Program-made: the position numbers and the translations under genes
Notes under the pieces: model-generated
The model's database searches: none
Seen by the model: only the letters and a program-made list of their open reading frames with translations
What the model was told of the DNA's origin: nothing
Origin: Lachnospiraceae bacterium
GTDB taxonomy: Bacteria; Bacillota; Clostridia; Lachnospirales; Lachnospiraceae
Length of the DNA: 64,000 bases
Assembly (NCBI GenBank): GCA_018056425.1
Contig: JAGPFR010000007.1
Location: 2,907-66,906 of the forward strand
Direction: 5' to 3'
Shown here: positions 58,335 through 64,000 of the stretch, piece after piece
How the letters are laid out: each line of letters starts with the position of its first letter
Position numbering within the stretch: position 1 is the stretch's first letter

Positions 58335-59258
58335 TTATCCGATCTTGGGAACGGGAACAGATTTTATGATCTCTCCGAGAATATCTTCGGCCGAAAGTCC
58401 CATCGCTCTTCCTCTGGGAGATACTCTGACTCTGTGTGCAGCAACATACATCCAGGCAGAGTGAATGTCCTGGGGAGTCAGATAATCTCTTCCGATCATA
58501 TACGCCAGCGCTCTTGCCACTTTGTATAGAGCGATGCTTCCTCTGGGAGAAAGTCCGAGTGAAAGCCTTTCGTCGTTTCTGGTTGCTTCGGAAAGAGCAA
58601 CGACATAGTCATAGAGTGACTGATCGACATGGATCTGTTCGATCTGTTTTTGAACCGCGACTATCTCCTCTGCCGAGAAGATGGGAACAATGGTATCGAT
58701 CCTGGAATGTGAATCGTTCATAAGAACTTCCACTTCACTTCCGTGATCGGGATATCCGACTTTCATGCAGGTCATGAATCTGTCGAGCTGCGATTCGGGA
58801 AGTTTCTGCGTACCGCTTGAACCGAAAGGGTTCTCGGTTGCAATTACAAAAAAAGGATCCGGAAGCTCTCTTGTCTTGCCCTCAACGGTAGCATGTCTTT
58901 CTTCCATGACTTCAAGAAGTGCAGACTGTGTCTTGGGTGAAGTTCTGTTGATCTCATCTGCAAGGAAGAGATTGGTATAGATGCTTCCTTCACGGAAAAT
59001 AAATTCACCTGTCTTCTGGTCGTAATAAGTAAAGCCGAGAAGATCTCCGGGCACAACGTCGGGAGTAAACTGCACTCTTGCAAATTCAAGTCCGAGTGCT
59101 TTGGACAGTGCGACCGCAAGTGTGGTCTTACCGACTCCGGGAATATCCTCAAGAAGAACATGGCCTCCTGCAAGGAGTGTTGCAAGGGCCATGGTGATTA
59201 CGCCTCTTTTTCCGCGAACAACCTTTTCGATCTCGTTGATTACGTCATCCGTTTTCAT
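58335..59258 (-). CDS. MoxR-family AAA+ ATPase
   Basis: LEDIPGVGKTT, QFTPD, DEINRTSPKTQSALLE, LPESQLDRF. Confidence 0.96.
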   Translation of the reverse strand: MKTDDVINEIEKVVRGKRGVITMALATLLAGGHVLLEDIPGVGKTTLAVALSKALGLEFARVQFTPDVVPGDLLGFTYYDQKTGEFIFREGSIYTNLFLADEINRTSPKTQSALLEVMEERHATVEGKTRELPDPFFVIATENPFGSSGTQKLPESQLDRFMTCMKVGYPDHGSEVEVLMNDSHSRIDTIVPIFSAEEIVAVQKQIEQIHVDQSLYDYVVALSEATRNDERLSLGLSPRGSIALYKVARALAYMIGRDYLTPQDIHSAWMYVAAHRVRVSPRGRAMGLSAEDILGEIIKSVPVPKIG

Positions 59259-59261
59259 TGA

Positions 59262-59501
59262 TCAGTTTCCTATCTGTCCGTTTTTTATAAGATTGAATGT
59301 TTCGATATCATCCTTGGTGAGTTTGATGTTTGATACAGATTCTTTTCCTTCGGGAGTGGTGACTTTAACTTCAATGACACTACCTTCCCTAAGGTCACCC
59401 TCGGATACGGAACGAATAAATGCAAGAGCCTTCGGATGCTGTTCCTTAAAGAGCTTGATCCTTCCCGCAGCCTGCATCATTGCTATCGGATTCATTGCCA
59501 T
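59262..59501 (-). CDS. Hypothetical 79-aa protein
   Basis: Tightly packed between the cNMP-domain gene and the MoxR gene; GGAG RBS. Confidence 0.8.
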   Translation of the reverse strand: MAMNPIAMMQAAGRIKLFKEQHPKALAFIRSVSEGDLREGSVIEVKVTTPEGKESVSNIKLTKDDIETFNLIKNGQIGN

Positions 59502-59513
59502 ATTAAAACTCCG

Positions 59514-61805
59514 TTATCTTGTTACTTTACCGTTTACAAACGCGATCTCGGCTGCGAGCGTATCGGGAACCTTCTGACCGGATGCAACGATTTTCTTTTC
59601 GAGAGTCTCGAGACGATGAAGTCTCTGAGCCTTTTTGATATTGCTTCTGTCGATTATCTCGGCATAGATCGGGTTTGCCTTGATCTTAGCCGCAAGCACC
59701 TGATCGAAAGGACAATATGTATAGAGGATCTGTCTTGCGACTTTGTTAAGTCTGGGAGATCCGTTTCCTTCATACAGAACCCAGAGAGTATAGTCCCTTA
59801 TGAACATTTCCTTGAAACTGTTCTTGGCTCTCTGAAGCGAAGACTTGATCTTCTCTTTGATCTCAGCGGACAGATCTCTGTTCTTGCGGTAGAACTGAAC
59901 ATAATCGAAATAATCACTGGTGAGTGAATGATCGCTGACATCATTCCATCTCGCACCCTGTATTCTCTTGCAAAGTTCCCATCTGAAATCACCGGTAAGC
60001 CTGATCACGGTACCGAGAAGATCCTCTGCATGGAATATTGAAAGCGCCATTCTTGCGGAAGATGTTCTGAGTTTTCCCTCGATCTCCTGCCACATAACGG
60101 CTCTGGTTCCCATGTTGGGCATAAGGATGAAATCGGGAAGATACTCTACATGGATCGATTCCTTACCCATTACCTCATGGTTTTCCTTGTCCAAGGTCTC
60201 ACGGTAATAAGCAGAATAGTCGATCTTTCTTACCTGATCCAAAGCTTGGGATATCTTATCGAGATCCACAAGACAGTTTTCGGGATCCTTCATACAGGTA
60301 CTGTCCATGAAAACGGGACAGAATGTCGTGATCCTTCCATAGGTAACCTTGTTGGCATTTCTGAAGAAATTATCAAGTTCGAAATTAGCCTTTGCAACGC
60401 CGTCTGAAAGTCTCTTCTTTTCCTCGGCGGCATCTATCTTATTCTGAACCTTTAACTTGTGGATCGTATCGGTGTAATCGGTATCGAATTCATCGCGGCT
60501 CGGATCTTTTCTGCCTTCATAGATAGCCTTAAGCCAGTCGTAGAAAGTATATAATCCGGCGAATGAATGATCAGCCATCGAGGAAGCAAGCTTAGCAAGA
60601 TATGCAGTATTCTTCCTGCCCGCAAGCACTTCGTCGGCATATCCGAAATACAGGAACATAAGAACCGGAAGTGGCGGAGTCTTCTCAAGCGATTTGAAAA
60701 ATGCCGCTTTGTAAACAACGTAGAATTCCTGAGCTATATGTCTTCTCAGGGTTGAAACATCATCGTCGATTGATTCGGGATCGTCTACATTTCGAAGATC
60801 TATCACATGAGTCTTAAAGTCTGTGATCTTCTCTGAATCATCATCGAGGAAGTCAATGATCTTATCGAGTGAATTCTCGAGCTCCTCCATGGGAATGACG
60901 CTTTCAACACTTTCTTCAGCCTCATCCTCTCCGGCATCCTCGGGAATGTTATCTGCCTTGTCTGCAAATTCATCGATACGATTTTTATAAATATCCTGAT
61001 CAAGACCGACCTCGTCATAGAAAGACTCTTCTATGCGCGTGATGATCTTTCTGAGTTCGAACATCTGGGGGCTGCCCTCTTTAAGCCTGAAGAAAAGCTG
61101 CGTCAGATACGCATAGAGATCCTTTCCGTCCGGCTTAAAATACAGATTTCCGAGCTCCTGTCTGAATGAGTAATAGTTATCAAGAAGAGAATATGCTTTT
61201 CTTGAATCAAGGCTGCCCTTTCTGACCATGCCCATGGTTACGGACAGATCGGAGATGACATTCTTGCCTGTCTCTGACTGATAGAGCTTCATAAGACCTG
61301 CGTAATAATCCGCAAGCCAGGTGTCGGAAGTTTCTTCCATCATATCGGTATCAAGATCCGAAGCCTCGCTCAGATCCATTGCCTTGATGCGGAACTTGCT
61401 GCACATATCCTTATAAAGTTCTATGTCTTTGAGAAGTTTCTGATACAGATCTCCGGTATGAATCTCTGAAACCTGACATTGGCCCACGAGACCCGTGATC
61501 TGTTTGAAAAGAGAACAAAGAGATACTCTCGCAAAATCATTATGCTGTGAAAAGAGCATCTCAAGATTTTCAAGATTGGTGTAGGGATAGGGAACAACAA
61601 CAGCATCGGAAACAGCTTTGTATCCGAGGAAATGAACCTCATTAACAACCTCGGTGATGCCGATGACATCACCTCTTTCGAGCATCATCGCACCGCCGGG
61701 ATAAACAGCGCATACACGTCCCGAGATCACCAGACCCAGGGACGTCATTGCACTGCCTGCTGCTACTATTGTCTGTCCTCTTGTATAGCTTTTGTTATCA
61801 GCCAT
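59514..61805 (-). CDS. Protein with an N-terminal cNMP-binding-like domain and a large helical C-terminal domain
   Basis: GQTIVAAG...LVISGRV...LERGDVIG jelly-roll pattern; start overlaps the thrS stop. Confidence 0.75.
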   Translation of the reverse strand: MADNKSYTRGQTIVAAGSAMTSLGLVISGRVCAVYPGGAMMLERGDVIGITEVVNEVHFLGYKAVSDAVVVPYPYTNLENLEMLFSQHNDFARVSLCSLFKQITGLVGQCQVSEIHTGDLYQKLLKDIELYKDMCSKFRIKAMDLSEASDLDTDMMEETSDTWLADYYAGLMKLYQSETGKNVISDLSVTMGMVRKGSLDSRKAYSLLDNYYSFRQELGNLYFKPDGKDLYAYLTQLFFRLKEGSPQMFELRKIITRIEESFYDEVGLDQDIYKNRIDEFADKADNIPEDAGEDEAEESVESVIPMEELENSLDKIIDFLDDDSEKITDFKTHVIDLRNVDDPESIDDDVSTLRRHIAQEFYVVYKAAFFKSLEKTPPLPVLMFLYFGYADEVLAGRKNTAYLAKLASSMADHSFAGLYTFYDWLKAIYEGRKDPSRDEFDTDYTDTIHKLKVQNKIDAAEEKKRLSDGVAKANFELDNFFRNANKVTYGRITTFCPVFMDSTCMKDPENCLVDLDKISQALDQVRKIDYSAYYRETLDKENHEVMGKESIHVEYLPDFILMPNMGTRAVMWQEIEGKLRTSSARMALSIFHAEDLLGTVIRLTGDFRWELCKRIQGARWNDVSDHSLTSDYFDYVQFYRKNRDLSAEIKEKIKSSLQRAKNSFKEMFIRDYTLWVLYEGNGSPRLNKVARQILYTYCPFDQVLAAKIKANPIYAEIIDRSNIKKAQRLHRLETLEKKIVASGQKVPDTLAAEIAFVNGKVTR

Positions 61806-63654
61806 TTATCTGTCCGTCAAGTTCCTGTGCTTTGCTTTCGTTAAGCTTCTTACAGCTTTCTACAAATACATCAACGGGTACATTGTGGAGCTGCTCTTTC
61901 TGTCCTCTTACGGTGATTGAAAGAGTTCCGGACTCTTTTTCCTTATCTCCGATAACTACGATATAAGGATCCTTCATGGTCTTGAAGAACTTGATCTTCT
62001 CGTTCATATTCTTGTCGGCATAATCTGCTTCTACACGGATACCGACTGCCTCGAGCTTATCCTGAAGTTCTTTGGTGAAATCGTTATGCTCCGGCTTGAT
62101 GGGAACAAGAGCGACCTGATAAGGGGAGATCCAGAAGGGGAAAGCTCCCTTGAAGTTCTCGATGATGATTCCTATGAATCTCTCGAATGAACCGAAGATT
62201 GCTCTGTGTATTACTATAGGCTGTGACATGCTTCCGTCAGCATCCTGATAGGTAAGTCCGAAGTTATGAGGAAGCTGGAAGTCAAGCTGGATGGTTCCGC
62301 ACTGCCATTCTCTTCCGAGAGCGTCCTTCATCTGAAGGTCGATCTTGGGTCCGTAGAATGCGCCGTCGCCTTCGTTGATCTCGTATCCGCCCTCGCCGTA
62401 TTTCTTGTCGAGGATCTTCTTAAGCGCTGCCTCGGCCTTGTCCCAAGTCTCGATCTCACCCATGAAATCTTCTGGTCTGGTGGAGAGCTCCGCTCTGTAT
62501 GTTACACCGAAGGTGGAATAGATCTGATCAGCAATCTCCATGATATCTGCGATCTCTGATTCGATCTGGTCTTCCATTACGAATGTATGATCATCGTCCT
62601 GACGGAATTCCTGTACACGGAAGAGTCCGTTCATCTGTCCGGATTTCTCCTTACGGTGTACAAGGCCCACCTCGTTGTAACGGATGGGAAGTTCCTTGTA
62701 AGAGTGAATGGTTCTCTTATAAGCATTCATGGCATTGGGACAGCTCATGGGCTTTGCCGCCATGGTATCGTCATCATCCTGATCGTATACGGGATTAAGT
62801 GTAACCTCGGATACGGATCCGTCTTCCTGAGGGATCTGAGCCTTGGCATCGATATTGCCGAGTACTCCGGGAACGATGAACATATTGTTTACATAGTGAG
62901 CCCAGTGTCCGCTGATAAGCCAGAGCTTCTTGTTATTGATAATGGGAGTCTTGATCTCCTGATATCCGTGCTTATCATGAATCTCTCTCCAGAACTCCAT
63001 GAGAGTTCTGTAAAGTCTCCATCCTCTGGGAAGCCAGTAAGGCATTCCGGGTGCAGATTCACTGAACATAAACAGATCAAGCTTGGGTCCGAGTTTCTTA
63101 TGGTCTCTTTCCATAGCCTCTCTGATCATATTGAGATGTGCCTTGAGTTCATCTTTGCTAGGGAATGCATAGACATAGATTCTCTGCATAACATCCCTTT
63201 TCTGGTCACCTCTCCAGTAAGCTGCGGACGCACTTCTTACTTTGAAGGCCACACCCATAAGATCTCTTGAGTTCTCTACATGAGGTCCGCGGCACAGATC
63301 CACATAATCATCACCGGTGTAATAGATGGTGAGCTTTTCATCTTCGGGAAGATCGTTAATGATCTCGGTCTTGAACTTCTGATCCTTGAACATTTCGAGA
63401 GCGTCGGCTTTTCCGATCTCCTCCCTTCTCCAGTCCTCTTTTCTCTTGATTATCTCGTTCATCTTATTCTCGATGATCTGATAATCCTCCTCCGTGACCG
63501 CACGGGGAAGTACGAAATCATAGTAGCATCCGTCGGAAATCTGAGGTCCGATGGCATACTGCACATTTTCTTTTCCGTAGATTTCGATGACTGCTTTTGC
63601 CAGAACGTGGGCAATAGAATGACGATAGAGACTTAAAAACATTTCCTGATCCAT
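61798..63654 (-). CDS. thrS: Threonine--tRNA ligase, lacking the N-terminal TGS domain
   Basis: RHSIAH and DLCRGPH editing domain, DHKKLG, KPMSCP, FRVQEFRQDD, EGDGAFYGPKID, IHRAIFGSFERF; start ATG 63654 after GAAAGGAG. Confidence 0.98.
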   Translation of the reverse strand: MDQEMFLSLYRHSIAHVLAKAVIEIYGKENVQYAIGPQISDGCYYDFVLPRAVTEEDYQIIENKMNEIIKRKEDWRREEIGKADALEMFKDQKFKTEIINDLPEDEKLTIYYTGDDYVDLCRGPHVENSRDLMGVAFKVRSASAAYWRGDQKRDVMQRIYVYAFPSKDELKAHLNMIREAMERDHKKLGPKLDLFMFSESAPGMPYWLPRGWRLYRTLMEFWREIHDKHGYQEIKTPIINNKKLWLISGHWAHYVNNMFIVPGVLGNIDAKAQIPQEDGSVSEVTLNPVYDQDDDDTMAAKPMSCPNAMNAYKRTIHSYKELPIRYNEVGLVHRKEKSGQMNGLFRVQEFRQDDDHTFVMEDQIESEIADIMEIADQIYSTFGVTYRAELSTRPEDFMGEIETWDKAEAALKKILDKKYGEGGYEINEGDGAFYGPKIDLQMKDALGREWQCGTIQLDFQLPHNFGLTYQDADGSMSQPIVIHRAIFGSFERFIGIIIENFKGAFPFWISPYQVALVPIKPEHNDFTKELQDKLEAVGIRVEADYADKNMNEKIKFFKTMKDPYIVVIGDKEKESGTLSITVRGQKEQLHNVPVDVFVESCKKLNESKAQELDGQING

Positions 63655-63678
63655 AATACTTTTTTCTCCTTTCATGCG

Positions 63679-63771
63679 TCCTGCTACCGGCAGGAATTCG
63701 CTTAAAACAAATAGGGCAAGCCTTTACAGAGGCTTACCCTATATTCTATAACGATTGTTTGGCATTAGCAA
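63679..63771 (-). promoter_or_regulatory. thrS promoter and leader with two hairpins
   Basis: TTGCTA-17-TAGAAT (63771-63743); hairpin 63711-63742 (loop CUGUAA); hairpin 63679-63695 (loop CCGGUAG). Confidence 0.6.
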
Positions 63772-63792
63772 GGCAAATTGCCTTTAAATGCT

Positions 63793-64000
63793 TTATTTTT
63801 CGGAAGTTTCAGGTGCTGATGATTTCTTACCGAAAGAATGCGACAGTTTGACCAGAATTGCTATAACCCCGGCGGCAAGCAGTACCGCAATTGCCGCATA
63901 TCCGGCTTTCTTGAGTCTTTCATCGGGCATCTGGGCGATCGCATACATGGCAATGGGTGAATCCATGCCAAGCTGGGCGTAACTTCCCTCGGCGGTAAAA
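63793..64000 (-). CDS. 3' end of a protein with a C-terminal membrane anchor, 5'-truncated by the window edge
   Basis: ...SPIAMYAIAQMPDERLKKAGYAAIAVLLAAGVIAILVKLSHSFGKKSSAPETSEK*; hydrophobic helix followed by a basic tail. Confidence 0.7.
   Translation of the reverse strand, partial: FTAEGSYAQLGMDSPIAMYAIAQMPDERLKKAGYAAIAVLLAAGVIAILVKLSHSFGKKSSAPETSEK

Noticed and set aside
63655-63792. T-box upstream of thrS
   Set aside because: No TGGNACCGCG motif or stem I, and the region is too short.
212-63982. Numerous plus-strand ORFs in the track (e.g. 535-912, 1957-2850, 5207-5752, 8351-8965, 15042-15755, 48068-48754, 62587-63270, 63788-63982)
   Set aside because: They lie antisense to well-supported minus-strand genes, have no family motifs and no RBS; shadow ORFs.
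1-64000. CRISPR array, tRNA, rRNA, transposase, integrase or att sites
   Set aside because: No regularly spaced repeats, cloverleafs or recombinase motifs were seen by eye; dedicated scans would be needed to exclude degenerate cases.

Overview
64 kb of chromosomal DNA from a Firmicute, most likely a Lachnospiraceae-like rumen or gut anaerobe (inferred from gene content and protein families). Nearly every real gene is on the minus strand; the only plus-strand gene is a dual-HTH regulator at 15864-17597, and the other + ORFs in the track are antisense shadows. In transcription order (right to left) the window holds: thrS with no T-box but two leader hairpins that carry Thr-anticodon-like loops, followed by a cNMP-domain protein, a 79-aa protein and a MoxR/DUF58/transglutaminase module; a glycerol operon (FAD oxidoreductase pair, DUF1667, glpK); a sugar ABC transporter; an EAL phosphodiesterase; an Na+/solute symporter; an MntA/HepT toxin-antitoxin pair; a ~15 kb mosaic, partly AT-rich surface-glycan island (SIS isomerase, nucleotidyltransferase-kinase fusion, HAD phosphatase, three GT9-like paralogues, a 1040-aa methyltransferase/FrhB/pyruvyltransferase fusion); PaaI, a lipoprotein serpin and a Cof hydrolase; a sulfur amino-acid cluster (metQNI, metY, cysK, broken D-cysteine desulfhydrase); a GH5; a Trp T-box with only trpE-trpG; a glutamine-amidotransferase operon (gltB, pyrG, purF, carA, carB) in which gltB and pyrG are fragmented and fused by deletions; and a REC-GGDEF-REC-HD-GYP protein with a membrane histidine kinase running off the left edge. 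I saw no rRNA, tRNA, CRISPR array, transposase or integrase. All family assignments come from motifs read by eye, with no database search.
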